64,000 nt of DNA from Eledone cirrhosa (lineage: Eukaryota): assembly GCA_964016885.1 (NCBI GenBank), contig OZ024741.1, positions 157,108,001-157,172,000 on the forward strand, read 5' to 3'. Positions 1 through 14,167 of this stretch are shown here, piece after piece. The notes under the pieces are model-generated. The model saw only the letters and a program-made list of their open reading frames with translations. It did no database searches and was not told where the DNA came from. Numbering within the stretch: the first letter of the stretch is position 1; each line of letters opens with the position of its first letter. Position numbers and translations under genes: made by a program.

Positions 1-640
1 GAGAGGATGAATGTCTCAGTTTTTGCACCACTGATTTTTATTCCAGCCATGCAACACTCGACAACAATCCTATCAAGTAGAAGTCGGAGATCACTTCAGT
101 CAAGTTAAGTAACTCCATATTGTCAGCAAATTCCAGCCAACTGGTCCTACACTTGTCAATCATGATACAACTTCCAATTTGACTGCTCATTTCAATCCTG
201 TTCATGAAAATAATGAACCGAAAAGGTGGCAGTACACACCCTTGGTGGAGTCTGACTCCCACATGTAATGGTTTCGATTTAACACCATTTATTCAAACAC
301 AGGCATTTGTATAGAGACATCAGGACAGCAAGAAGCTGATCCTCGATCCCATACTCCTGAAGAACATTCCACAGCAGATCCCAAAGAACATGGTCATATG
401 CCTTTTCAAGGTCTACAAAACAAGAATATAACTCTTGGCAATACTCCCACTGTTTGAAGACCTGCCGCAGTATGAATATCTGGTTGGCTGTGCTGCACCC
501 AGGGCGAAAACCACACTGTTAATCAGGTAGCTTAGATTCAACAATCTCCCTATATCTCTTTGCCAGACACCCAGCATAGGCTTTAACGGGGAGGCTTAAC
601 AAGGAGATCCTTCTGTAATTGGAACAATCTCTCTTGTTCT
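1..640 (-). mobile_element. Decayed RTE-clade LINE reverse transcriptase fragment (family A)
   Basis: Minus-strand translation gives CSNYRRISL, QCGFRPGCSTANQIFILRQ, CFVDLEKAYDHV, GVRLHQGCVLPP and LEFADN (RT motifs), interrupted by stops and frameshifts. Confidence 0.85.
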
Positions 641-644
641 TATA

Positions 645-769
645 TAAGTTAAAATCTTCCATCATTTTATATAAGAACCATATGTTAAATTAACAATCCT
701 AGTTCTATGTTAATTAATTGAGATAGAGTGTATGTCATCACCATAGAAATATGGTGATGAAAAGGTTAA
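645..769. mobile_element. Partial TTAA-ended MITE (same family as 5017-5405, 7379-7605, 14168-14467)
   Basis: Shares aaaatcttccatca and agaaatatgg with the other copies and ends in aaaaggTTAA. Confidence 0.45.
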
Positions 770-1233
770 TTTATAAACACATATTCATATATGTATCTGA
801 CCTCCAACAAACTTGCTGTCAACTTATTTTCTGGAATTGGTGGGGACGATGAATTGGGAGAGAATTTATTGCTCTTTCTAGCACAGTGTTACTGTCTGTT
901 CATCCAGCATGCTACCTATATTTATATAGAGAGTGAAACATTACTCCACCTCTCACTCTATCCACCTCCCCAGCTATCTAACTAACTAAAACTTTCCTAG
1001 GTGTTTTCATTTGTTGTCGGTGGGTCTGACATCTGACTTACTTGCCAATGAATCCTTTTTTTCCGAAAATCTATCTCACTCTATTTCTCTCTATCTCACC
1101 TAATGTCTCTCTATCTATCTCTCTTTATGTCTCTCATTATCTCTTTCTTTCTCAACTTCTCTCTTTTTCTATGTGTCTTTCTCTGTCTGTATGTGTCTTC
1201 TCTATATATCTCTTCTTTCTATATATATTTCTT

Positions 1234-1242
1234 TTCTCTCTC

Positions 1243-1306
<64 letters not shown>

Positions 1307-1308
1307 TC
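1234..1308. repeat. (CT)n microsatellite
   Basis: Directly visible run. Confidence 0.95.
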
Positions 1309-1380
1309 ACTAAAAGCAAGTGAGAGAGAGAAGGGAGAGAAAGACATATATATATAAACTCGTATGCACATGTATATATA

Positions 1381-2882
1381 TCTATAATATAATACTTATA
1401 AAAAGGAAGTTTGTTTGTATGCTGACTGCTAATAACACTAAATTAAATTGGTAATAATCAAGGTTTTCATGTTTTTTTCAGCTAATATCACGCTGATATG
1501 CTCACAGTTGACTTTTTCTCCAAAAACAGAATGAGGGGACCTCGGATTTTCCCAGCCTCAGAGACTTCTTCAATGGGAATTTTTTCTTTTCTAGGTTTCT
1601 TTGTTTGTTTTTGAATGGTTGGACATCCAGCTCCCTCACCAACGACTTCTTTTTCAGAAAACAGAGGCAAGGAAGGGGTTGGACCCTTGGAGTTACAGAT
1701 AAGCACTTCTCAGCCATTTAAATTTATAGAAAAGCACCTGTTGGTGATCATGAAGAAGTATTTTTCCTAGGTTTTTTCATATGTTTCCAACTAATCTGAC
1801 TTCCGATATGCTTGCAATCGTCTTCTTTTCCGAAAAATTAAAGTGGGGTGGGACCTTCGAATTTTGCCAGCTTCGGAGATTCCTTCAGTGTGAATAACAG
1901 ACGCAGGAAGGGAGAGGTACCCTCGGAGTTACAGATAAGCACCTCTCTGCCGTTTAAATTTATAGAAAAACAATCCCTTGATACTGAAGGATGTTTTGAT
2001 CCTTCATCATTTTGTATTGTTGTGGAAAGCATTTGTAAGCTCAATTAATTAAATGTTCTCCAATTTCGAAATCCATCATTCCAAGCTGGAGTGGCTGTGT
2101 TAAAGAGCAATCTTTGCCCCTAAAAACATCTCACTGAATGTCATCAACAAAATCTCTAACAAAATGTCCCTTGGAGGTAGCCAAACCAATAAATATTTCG
2201 ACAAATTTGTCAACGAGGATGAAGCTGTTCATTATCCCGTTGAATTTTTCAACAGTCTGGAACCATCTGGCATGCTGCCACACAACCTTGAAGTGAAGAA
2301 GGACACTGTCACTAATCTTCTCAGAAAGCTATATCAGCCAAGATTGTGCAATGGGACATGTATGGTTATGACTGAACAACAGCTTCACATTATCGAAGCC
2401 CAAATCCTCAGTGTGTGGTAAGGGGGACATCGCATTTACCTAGAATGCTACTAATACCAACAGATGTCCCTTTTCATTTCAAAAAATTGCAATTGCCAGC
2501 GAGAGTCAGTTATGTAATGACTATCAACATGTCCCAAGGTCAAACACTGCAGGTTGTCGGTGTCCATCTAGAAGAGGGCTGTTTTTCACATGGTATGCAG
2601 GTTATTCCAGACTAGGAAAACCCCATAAACTCTTCATATAAAGTTTAAACTTAAGTTCTGTAAATGCTTTGTAATTTTTGTTGACTACATTTTTCTATTA
2701 TTTTCTTTATTATTTTCTGTACTTAGATATTCAAAATAAATTTTAAAATTATATTATGCAATATTTAAATAGCTTTAACATCTTTATTCTAAGGAAAATG
2801 GACATTACAACAGATGAAAATAGGTGCCTTATGATAGATTTGAATACAGTACAGACTAGGATGAAGGCCAGGAAGCTTCTAG
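1381..2882 (+). mobile_element. Non-autonomous Helitron (internal-deletion derivative)
   Basis: Starts a|TCtataatataatacttataaaaaggaagtttgtttg, ends ggaagcttCTAG|t (A/T insertion site, no TSD), and contains a PIF1-helicase remnant. Confidence 0.7.
2164..2615 (+). pseudogene. PIF1-like helicase C-terminal remnant of Helitron RepHel
   Basis: YPVEFFNSLEPSGMLPHNL, PRLCNGT, FKKLQLPARVSYVMTINMSQGQTL and CFSHG match PIF1 helicase motifs; frameshifted. Confidence 0.9.
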
Positions 2883-2905
2883 TATGTATGTATGTGTGTA
2901 TATTT

Positions 2906-3284
2906 CATCATCATTTTATGCCCGCTTTTCCCTGCTTGCAAGGGTGGGACGGGAACTGATTCTGGCTTGATTTCTACAGCTGGATGCCCTTCCTTACACC
3001 AACCTCATTTACAGTGAGTGCTGGGTGCTTTTTTTCCGTGGCGCCTACACATCCATTTTACAGTGTGGACTAGGTGCTTTTATGCCGTTGCACCTCCACG
3101 ACCACTTTTCAGTGGAATGATAGGGACCCCAGTCCAATCATCTCATTTCTACAGCTGAGTAAACTGGAGCAATGTGAAATAAAGTGTCTTGCTCAAGGAA
3201 ACAACACATCACCCGGTCTGAGAATTGAACTCACAACCTTTCGATTGCAAGCCCAATGCTCCAACCACTAAGCCATGCGCCTTC
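2906..3284 (-). mobile_element. Full-length tRNA-derived SINE with RTE-derived 3' tail
   Basis: Minus strand has A-box tggcttagtgg, B-box gttcaattc, central domain ccttgagcaagacacttt, then a tail shared with the RTE 3' UTR (aggaagggcatccagctgtagaa) ending in (GAT)n. Confidence 0.8.
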
Positions 3285-5016
3285 ATATATATTGAGTTCA
3301 GATGCATCACTGATTTTTCGTTTTCTATTCTATATATTTATATATAAAGAGAAACCTTATAAAACAGTTTGTAAAAGTGAGTAATATCAACCTGGTATGG
3401 ATTAAAATGACAGACTCGGTGGACCATAATACTGCACCTTGATTCCTCTCAGATGTGGATTCTTAAAAAGTTATCAAAGAATTTATTTTTTGAATGGATT
3501 TAGCCTAGAATCTAAGTATTTTCAGTGTTTTTTTTTTTAAATATCTTTATAGTTGTTTTCACTGTTCTAAATAAATTGCTAATTTTATGGTGGAGTGTTT
3601 TATTTCTGTAACTTTTTACCTGGATTCTTTAATTCATATTAATTTATCTGATCAAACTAAAGAAGGGAATTTTTATGTGGTCGCAAGAACAGCTGGAAAT
3701 AGCAGTCAAATCTCTTTCGAGTCACACATTATTGACTAAAAAAAGTAAAGTCACATTGAATGTCATTGATCTAAATAAATTACATTTTCTTATGGTAATT
3801 AGATATAATGTAATATTTTTCCTGTGACCTTTTATCTTAAGCCAAAGGTGTGAGTTTTTTCAACACAAATATAATTACTCATGTTTTTCATTTCTGTTTT
3901 ATCAAGGATATCCAATTAGTTAAGAAGTTTGCTTTGCAATCATTAGATCGCAGGTTCAATCTCACTGTATAGCATCTTGGGTAAGTTTCTTTACCATAGC
4001 CTTGGGTCAACACGTGCCACATGAGTGAAATTAGATAGAGATTAGGTTGAGAGAAATTGTTCCCATACCCATCAAATGGACTGTACCAGTAAATTGAAGT
4101 AGCTGACCTTGTTATAAACTGTGTTGCACTGAATCTTCCTGAGACTTACATTAAGGGTACATATATCTCTGGAATATACATACATTTGCATGCTAATTTG
4201 ATATTTCACAATATAAACACTGAATATTACTGAGAGATTATAAAATGCCCTTAGATGTGACATTTCACTATACAAACCCCAAATATTAATGAAATATATA
4301 AAGAATCCTTAAACTCCATAACAGAAAGATTATATATGTAATATACGAAATTATAGTATTTCATAAAAGAGTAACATAGTAAAGTAGAATCTTTAGAATG
4401 TCATGAAGAGTGTCAAACTTTAATGACACTGTAGGAATCCCTTTTTTTCATGAACCCCAAACTATTTTTAGGAACATTCGGGGTTTACAAGAACCCAGTT
4501 TAAAGGCCATGCAACTATATTATAGTATTGGAGGTATTTCCCCAGCATAAATGCCGTGAAAGAAAAAGAAAAGTCAAGAAAAGAAATGATCCTGAGCAGA
4601 ATTGTAGGGACCTCATCCTGGGCATTTAAAACCTGGAAGTGTCCATCCCACTCCAGATGAGAAACCAGTCAATTTCTTCCAGAGAGAGAGAAAAAACAGA
4701 GCAAGAATCTGTCCCAGTACTGCTGAAAGGCAAAGTTGACATTGGTGAGATTTGAACTCAGAACACAATGAGCCAGAACAAATACCAAGGTATTTAATCT
4801 GATGCTCTAAAAACTCTATCAATTCGCTGTGTTACGGTGACAAAAGAATAGTAGATTAATAGAATAGACAGAATAACATATTCTGGTGTTTCCAAGTCAT
4901 ATCACACCACACACAGTATTAGCAGGCAGTATCAACAGAATCACACCATTTACAGGCACATAACACCTGACAGTATCTATGTTGTCACCCAGCATGCTAA
5001 AAATAGCAGTACCATA

Positions 5017-5405
5017 TTAACCCTTTCTGATTCATATTTCTAATGAAAGTTACTATTTATTATTTTCAAATAAATTTCTTAATAATCAAGAATTAGGCTG
5101 GTATTTGGAACATAACTTAACAAAGGTCCTTACATCAAATTATGATGGAAGGTTTTTAGATAAATATCAACACTTTAATCATTTCTTTGCCATATTTATA
5201 ATGATAAACACTGCTTATAGTTTTCAATTAATTTTTAAAATAATCAAGAATTTTGAGGGAATTAGTAAAATAACTTTCTCCTAATTAAGCTGGTGTTTGA
5301 AGCATAACTTAACAAATATTCTTACATAAAATTATGATGGAAGGTTTTTATATAAATATAAACACTTTAAAGTGTTTTTGAGTAGTTTGGTATCAAATTT
5401 GTTAA
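5017..5405. mobile_element. TTAA-flanked MITE (piggyBac-like ends) with internal duplication
   Basis: TTAA|ccctttc ... ggtatcaaatttg|TTAA; the unit cataacttaacaaa...aaattatgatggaaggtttt occurs twice. Confidence 0.5.
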
Positions 5406-5409
5406 GAAA

Positions 5410-6150
5410 AGGAGACATTGAATAATATGGTTCTGGTTACCTACATATAGAAAAAAGGTGGGATAGTCATGGCTGGAGTGTTTTATCTATAAGTCTGCTT
5501 CATAAAGTTTGAACTGTGGCTAAACAACAACAACAACGGTCATTGACCAAATTTTGTCCATCCACTAACAGACATGCATTGCATCCGGGAGCATCTATAT
5601 CACTAGAGCTGTTAGAAATAGTAGCTACATTTCTACTGACTTATAAAAAGAGAAGGATAACACATTGGTTAATGTAATCCGAGATTCATTATATTTGAAA
5701 ACAAGACTGTCATTTTGTGAACCCCCTTTGATCTCAGGTTTGTTTGATCAGGACAGACACTAGGCTAATCAACAACAACAACAACAACAGCAACAATAAT
5801 AATAATGATAACAATATGAATGAACCAATAAAGAAGTATATCTATGTGGTTGTTCACCTTGCTGAAAATTGCAGATAAATTTTTGTCTCAAATATATTTC
5901 CTACAGTCTTATTAAAGAAAGAAATACCGGATATTGTTGTTCTCTAAGAATAATGATACACTGTCCATTAAATAAAGATAGGATAGTCATGGCTGGAATA
6001 TCTCTGATCATAAGACTACTACAATAATAGCAACAGTAGTATAGAATGGAATGAAGCTTCGTTGGTTCTAAACAATAAGTGCTCCAATTGCTCAATCATT
6101 AGAACAATTTGTTTGTGAAGTTAACATGTTTGTAGCTGAGAATATCACAG
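5410..6150 (+). mobile_element. Cluster of old short interspersed repeats with (CAA)n tails
   Basis: ggatagtcatggctgga recurs and ggctaa(a/t)caacaacaac tails occur near 5520 and 5765; related copies at ~6870-7070 and ~7610-7865. Confidence 0.5.
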
Positions 6151-6606
6151 ACATACACGTGGATACAACATGACACAGTGTGCAATAAAGCTGGTCCTTT
6201 CAATTACAGGTACAGTCCAACTTGCATTATAGTGTAAATGGTTGTGTATTCCATAGTTAAATGTACCAATAATGTAATTCAGAAGGAGATTCAGTATAAC
6301 AAGGCTGACCCTTTCAATTACAGAAACAGTCCATCTGACAAATTTCCATACAGTTTCCTTCTACCAAGTTTCACTCAAAACATTTGAGTTTAGGTAAACG
6401 ACACTTGTCTAAGATGCCACCCAGTAAATTATGATTGCGAAGTAAATTTCTAAATCATTCAGCCATGCTGCTAACAACAATAGCTCTTATAAACACACAC
6501 TCGCCATCAATATTACTAAATATTGCACAAATTCATTTCATCCACCTTCTACAGGCATATGAGCCCTCAATGTTTGAACACTCAATAAATCTCCAATGAT
6601 GCCTGC

Positions 6607-6825
6607 ATAGGTGTCAGCTGTAACAATGAGAACGTGATAAGACTATGGCCCTATTATTAAGACACCTGAGAAACCTGACATACAATCTTGTAGGAGGCCA
6701 GATAAACCTACGTAGGTGTGAGCTGTTTCAACATCATAAGACTGCAGCCCCTTTCATTAAAACATCCAAGAAACTTGTCATACAATCTTATAGAAGGCCA
6801 GCTAAGCCAGCACAGGTGTGAAGTG
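6607..6825. repeat. Diverged ~105-bp tandem repeat (2+ units)
   Basis: aggtgt(c/g)agctgt...ataagact...agaaac(c/t)tg(a/t)catacaatctt(g/a)tag(g/a)aggccag repeated. Confidence 0.75.
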
Positions 6826-7378
6826 TAAAATTCCTTTTTCTTTATAATTTTTTTTTTTTTCAGTGAGTGGAAAGCTTATACGTAGCTGCTTATTTCACTA
6901 GAAATATAAGTAAAATCATCCTTAAATATTCCCAAATGAATTGACATGGTACTGGTGGAATGTAGCCATAGATATAAAATTTAGGGAGTAGTAAAATTGC
7001 CATGGTTAAAATGCCTGTTTATCTGCTTGATCAGGTCAAAGATCTGGCTAGCTTTTAACAAGATCAACGGCAAAAATTACTCACATTTCAAACACGCACA
7101 CACTAACTTTATCACATGTATTCTCTCTTTCATGCACTCACCCCTACCCCCTCCTCTACACACACACATATACACACACACACAAACATACACGCCTATA
7201 CTGAAAAGGAAAGTGAAACTAAAAGCCATTAGCATGGCTAGTTCAATCAATGAAATTAATATGTCAGTTTACTTACTTACACCTGTAAAGTTGTTACTCT
7301 GTGTATTTAAATAATAATATATAAATCTGTAAAATGTAGAATAGCTAAATACCCCCAAAACACACCTCTACTATCTCA

Positions 7379-7605
7379 TTAACCCTTTTGGTGCCATCCT
7401 GGCCAAAACCTGCTCTGGTCCTATAAAACAAAACAACCCATTTTAAAGAGATCCTATTTAAATTAAAATCTTCCAACAGTTTTATAAAGCAACATGTCAA
7501 GTTACTATCTTAGTAATGGAATAATTAATAATTTTAGTAAATCCTCCTTCATTAGTTAATTAAAATAGAATGTATTTCATTAGATATAGGTGGTCACAAA
7601 TGTAC
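7379..7605. mobile_element. TTAA-ended MITE copy (opposite orientation to 5017-5405)
   Basis: Begins TTAA|cccttttggtgcca and contains taaaatcttcca. Confidence 0.45.
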
Positions 7606-9551
7606 TGAAGGAGGAAATATTAGACAGTTGTTGTCCAGGAATTATGATACACAATACATCAAACGAAACTTGTGAAACTGGGATGATTATGGCTGGACTG
7701 TCTCAAATCATAAGACTACTCAATCGATGAGTAGACCTTGGTCTATAAACTGCAACAACAGCAGAATGGAATGGGCCTCTGTCATTTTCAACAATGACTG
7801 TTCCAGTTGTTTGATCAATAAAACAGCCAGCTCATGAAATTAATGTGGATGTGGCTGAGTATTCTAAAATTCAAACACACACATACACACTTTGCCCATC
7901 CATTTCAATCTTATGCTTGCATACACTCACACCCATCCATACTGCCACTGAAAATGAAAGTGAAACTACACGCTTGTCAACAGCATTGCTAGCTTAATCA
8001 ATGTGGTAATGTGTCGTTATACTTATTACACCGTAAAGTTATTACCATCTGTAATTAAATAATAATTAAATAATAACTCAGTAAAATGTAAAATGAAGAC
8101 AAGCATTGTTAACACTTTGCAGGCTAACTTGCTTGTTTGATTGGCTCTGCTTACCTGGACAAAATCCCCAGGGTATTTTATTTGGTCTTGATATGAGATG
8201 GGCTGTCTGCGCTGCCGTTGAGAGAGATATAGATGAGTGGGTGGTTTACCAGGTTAAAGAAGTCATCAAAATAACAAACTTGAGGATCAGAGCAGCTATC
8301 AAACTTGAAACACTTTCAGTACTGATTAAACGTTCTTCAAATTTGAGTAACAAAATGAAATAGATCTTAATATATACTTTATATATGTATTATATATTAT
8401 ATATACATTATATATGTATTATATATTAGTGTCTTTAAAAATTCATATTTGTTTTTAGATTTGTTGGTGTTTATTCAATTTTAAATTTGATATTCTTCAA
8501 AGTAGGTGACATAAATTTCAGTTCTGTTTTTTTTTTTAAATAATTCTAAAATATGTTTTTCATATATATATATATATATTTTTTTTTTTAAATAAATAAA
8601 TTGATTCTATTTTCTGGTAAATATTATTTTTTTATTTTTTCAAAATATATTGTATCTGAGAATTTAACAGCAACAGGAATATAGATGAATATAGTTTCTT
8701 CAAAAACTTTGTTACATAAAACAAGAAACAAGAATATAACTACAAAGGAATCTGGTCGATGTGATTGCTTCTTTATAAGTTATCACTTAAATCCCTATTT
8801 CTACAGAATTTGTAAAGTTGTTTTCTTATACGGACTATCTAGTACAATAATTGTAAAGTCACATATATCTATCAATATATATATATATATAAAGATTCAT
8901 ATATTTTTATGCAGTAATATATATATATATAACAGAAAGCCTTCACAAACTGCTACAACATTATACAAGATATGATATGAGAAAGGAAAGAAAGATTGTT
9001 GTTATTTTCTCTTAATTATTGCTGGTGTTGTTTTTGTTATTGTTGTTTTTGTTTATAGTTATTTTTTGTTGGAGTATATAAAGTTATATATTATATATGT
9101 ATAATGTTATATTATATATATATTCATTGACTCAGCATTGAGGTGAATGATTTGCCATTAAAACAAAGCTTTACACACATTATAAACACACCGAAAAAAA
9201 AAAACGAGAAACTTGCCCAAGAAAATGTGCTGTATATATATAAATATATTTATATATATGTGGTTATTTAGCCGTTGTGAGATTCTAAAAGGCAAATCCA
9301 CAGCAGTTGTCGGTTATCCGAGCAAGAACGAGAGAGCTGCTACCTGTTCTAGCCAACTTCAAGACTGGCTGATACTGAGAACTGGCTGCTAATGTCATAT
9401 ACTCCTCTTCCTCCTCCTCCTCCTCATTAAACCATACTATTCTCTTGTTATTCTTCCTACTACTACCTTATATGTATCACCCTCTTCTTTCTCTCTCTAT
9501 CCCTCTCAGCCTCTATCTATCTATATCCCTCTCTTTCCCCTTCTCTCTCTC

Positions 9552-9597
<46 letters not shown>

Positions 9598-9844
9598 TTA
9601 TTCTCTCTCTCACTGTCTCTATTGCTTTTGTATTTGAAGTTACGTAATCCCCACAGACACATATATATACATATACACACACTATTACAACAAACATGCC
9701 CACACACATTATTACAAGAAGCTTACACACATACACTCATACACACACATACATACTCACATACACTCGTACCTACACACATAGACACTACTATTATTTA
9801 GCATGTCCACACATATACACACATATCTATTCACCACCTGTGAA

Positions 9845-10130
9845 AACACATGGCTTACTGGTTAGGGTGTCATAACTTCCTGAGGCATGCTGTGTCCTTG
9901 AGCAAGATACTTTATTTCCCATTGTTTCCATCCATTCAACTGGAAAAAATGAGTTGTACCTGTAATTCAAAAAGGCGAACCTTGTCACATACTGTGACAC
10001 ACTGAATTTCCCTATATTAAGGATGCATGTTTATGGAATGCTCAGTCACTTATATGTTAATTTCATGAGGAGTAAATAGTTGTGCTGCTCAAACAACTGG
10101 AACATTCATCGTCAAAATTGACAGAGGTCT
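9845..10130 (+). mobile_element. Old tRNA-derived SINE
   Basis: catggcttactggttagg head followed by tgtgtccttgagcaagatactttatttc, the same central domain as the SINE at 2906-3284. Confidence 0.6.
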
Positions 10131-10408
10131 AACAGTTACATTCACCTCTCTCAGTGGGCAGCTGTGAGGGTCATGGATGAACTCAGATCCTCTTCTTCAA
10201 GGCCAAATCAATCAATTTATTTTTTCAAAAAATATTTTAAATGCATACATAAAACAACGAAGGCAGCAAACTGGCGTAGTCGTTAGAACATCAGATAGAA
10301 TGCTTTGCAGAATTTGTTCTAACTCTCTGCACTTTTAGTTCAAAACCCACTGAGGTCAACTTTTCCTTTTATCCTTTCATTATGTACCAGTTCCAGACTG
10401 GGGTTAGT

Positions 10409-10465
<57 letters not shown>

Positions 10466-11027
10466 ATATCTATCTATCTATATGTTTCATTGGAAGAAAT
10501 CAGCTGTGTTCAGACCTGGAGAAGGATGGGCCCGATTAGGAGTTAAGGGCATGTGGCACACATAAAACTACATACACATAAATATGTATGTATAGACCTG
10601 TAACTCATGATGAAATCATAGGGATGTCATAGGAGCATGCAGCATGTCTTGGACATTATAAGCTTAGGGAAACCCCCCCCCCCCCCCAAGTCTGTAAACA
10701 ACCAAATTCTTCCAGAGAAAGAGATAGAAGGTGATAGAAGGGAAATGAGACAGGGAGATAGAGATAGAGGGAAAATTGACTCCAGTACTGGACTGGTACT
10801 TCTTCATCGACCTCAAAAGGATGAAAGGTAGAACTATATACTCAGTGGGGTTTAAATTCAGAACACAGGGAGAGCCAGAATGCTCTCTGCCAAGACACAT
10901 AAATATACATACACATAAAAATAGAATTTCAGAAATATACATGCACATAAAAATAGAATTTCAGAAATATACACACATAAAAATACACATACACATACAT
11001 ACTCTTTCTCTTTCATACACACACAAG

Positions 11028-11860
<833 letters not shown>

Positions 11861-12120
11861 AGATACACCGACACACACAGATACATATACACCTACTCAG
11901 CTGATAATGGTGTTATTAGCAACAGTGGTAGCAGCAGCAACTGCAATAACAGCAGAAGCAACAGTTGCGGCAGCAGCAGTAGCAGCAACAATAGTAGCTG
12001 CAGCAGCAGCAATACCTTCAACAGCATCAAAGCAACATCAGCAGCAGCATCAACTGCAGCAGGATGTAGCAGTAGTAGACGTAGTAATAAATGCAGCTGC
12101 TGTCATTGCAGTAATAGCAA

Positions 12121-13275
12121 CAGCAGTAGCAACACCACCATCACCAGCTGCAGTAGCAACGCCACCATCACCAGCAGCAGTAGCAACATCTGCACCACTA
12201 TCAGCAGTAGCAACACCACCATCACCAGCAGCAGTAGCAACATCTGCACCACTATCAGCAGTAGCAACATCATCATCAACAGCAGCAGTAGCAACACCAC
12301 CATCACCAGCAGCAGTAGCAACGCCACCATCACCAGCAGCAGTAGCAACATCTGCACCACTATCAGCAGTAGCAACACCACCATCACCAGCAGCAGTAGC
12401 AACATCTGCACCACTATCAGCAGTAGCAACATCATCATCAACAGCAGCAGTAGCAACACCACCATCACCAGCAGCAGTAGCAACGCCACCATCACCAGCA
12501 GCAGTAGCAACATCTGCACCACTATCAGCAGTAGCAACACCACCATCACCAGCAGCAGTAGCAACATCTGCACCACTATCAGCAGTAGCAACACCACCAT
12601 CACCAGCAGCAGTAGTAACGCCACCATCACCAGCAGCAGTAACAACATCTGCACCACTATCAGCAGTAGCAACATCATCATCAACAGCAGCAGTAGCAAC
12701 ACCACCATCACCAGCTGCAGTAGCAATACCACCATCACCAGCAGCAGTAGCAACACCACCATCACCAGCAGCAGTAGCAACACCACCATCACCAGCAGCA
12801 GTAGCAACGCCACCATCACCAGCAGCAGTAACAACATCCGCACCACTATCAGCAGTAGCAACATCATCATCAACAGCAGCAGTAGCAACACCACCATCAC
12901 CAGCTGCAGTAGCAACACCACCATCACCAGCAGCAGTAGCAACATCCGCACCACTATCAGCAGTAGCAACACCACCATCACCAGCAGCAGTAGCAACACC
13001 ACCATCACCAGCTGCAGTATCAACGCCACCATCACCAGCAGCAGTAGCAACATCATCATCACCAGCAGCAGTAGCAACGCCACCATCACCAGCAGCAGTA
13101 ACAACATCTGCACCACTATCAGCAGTAGCAACACCAACGTCACCAACAGCAGTAGCAACGCCACCATCACCAGCAGCAGTAACAACATCTGCACCACTAG
13201 CAGCAGTAACAACATCCGCACCACTATCAGCAGTAGCAACACCAACGTCACCAGCAGCAGTAGCAGCATCCGCAC
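12121..13275 (+). repeat. 27-bp minisatellite with three variant monomers
   Basis: Monomers gtagcaacaccaccatcaccagcagca, gtagcaacatctgcaccactatcagca and gtagcaacatcatcatcaacagcagca, partly in a 6-monomer (162-bp) higher order. Confidence 0.9.
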
Positions 13276-13309
13276 CACCAGTAGGATCATCACCCTCATC
13301 AGCTGTAGC

Positions 13310-14160
13310 AGCAGATCATCACCATCATCTCTTACATCGTCACCATCATCAATATTGTCATTTCTTTCTTCATCACCATCACCACCGCCATCACCACCAA
13401 CATCACCATCACCACCACCATCACCATCACCACCAACATCACCATCACCACCACAATCACCACCACCATCACCACCACAATCACCACCAACATCACCATC
13501 ACCACCACAATCACCACCACCGTCACCACCACAATCACCACCAACATCACCATCACCACCACAATCACCACCAACATCATCACCACCAATATCACCACCA
13601 ACAACATCATCACCATCACCATCACCACCACCATCACCACCATCACAACCACCACCATCACCTCCAACATCACCATCACCATCACCAACATCACAACCAC
13701 CACCATCACCACCAACATCACCACCAACATCACCACCAACATCACAACCACCACCATCACCACCAACATCACCACCAACATCCACGAACATCACCTCCAA
13801 CATCACCACCACCAATATCGCTACCACCAACATCACCACCAACATCACCATCACCATCACCACCTCCAACATCACCACCACCAACATCACCACCACCAAC
13901 ATCACCAGTACCAACATCACCTCCAACAGCACCACCACCACCAACATTACCACCAACATCACCTCCAACAACACCACCTCCAACATCACCACCACCAATA
14001 TCGCTACCACCAACACCACCTCCAACATCACCACCACCAATATCGCTACCACCAACATCACCACCAACGACAACAACACCATCATCATTACCACATCACA
14101 TCCACCAACATTATCATCGTTCACCAGCTCTACCATCATCATCATGTTCATCTCAACTAC
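13310..14160 (+). repeat. (CAC/CAT/CAA) trinucleotide low-complexity array
   Basis: Directly visible. Confidence 0.95.
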
Positions 14161-14167
14161 CGCAGCC

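Noticed and set aside
3205-3284. tRNA gene
   Set aside because: A/B boxes continue into a SINE body and LINE-derived tail, so this is a SINE head.
4613-4822. 69-aa minus ORF as a host exon
   Set aside because: Its first half is a decayed SINE head, and no convincing splice donor follows.
12121-13275. CRISPR-like regular repeats
   Set aside because: Monomers are contiguous with no unique spacers, there are no cas genes, and the context is eukaryotic.
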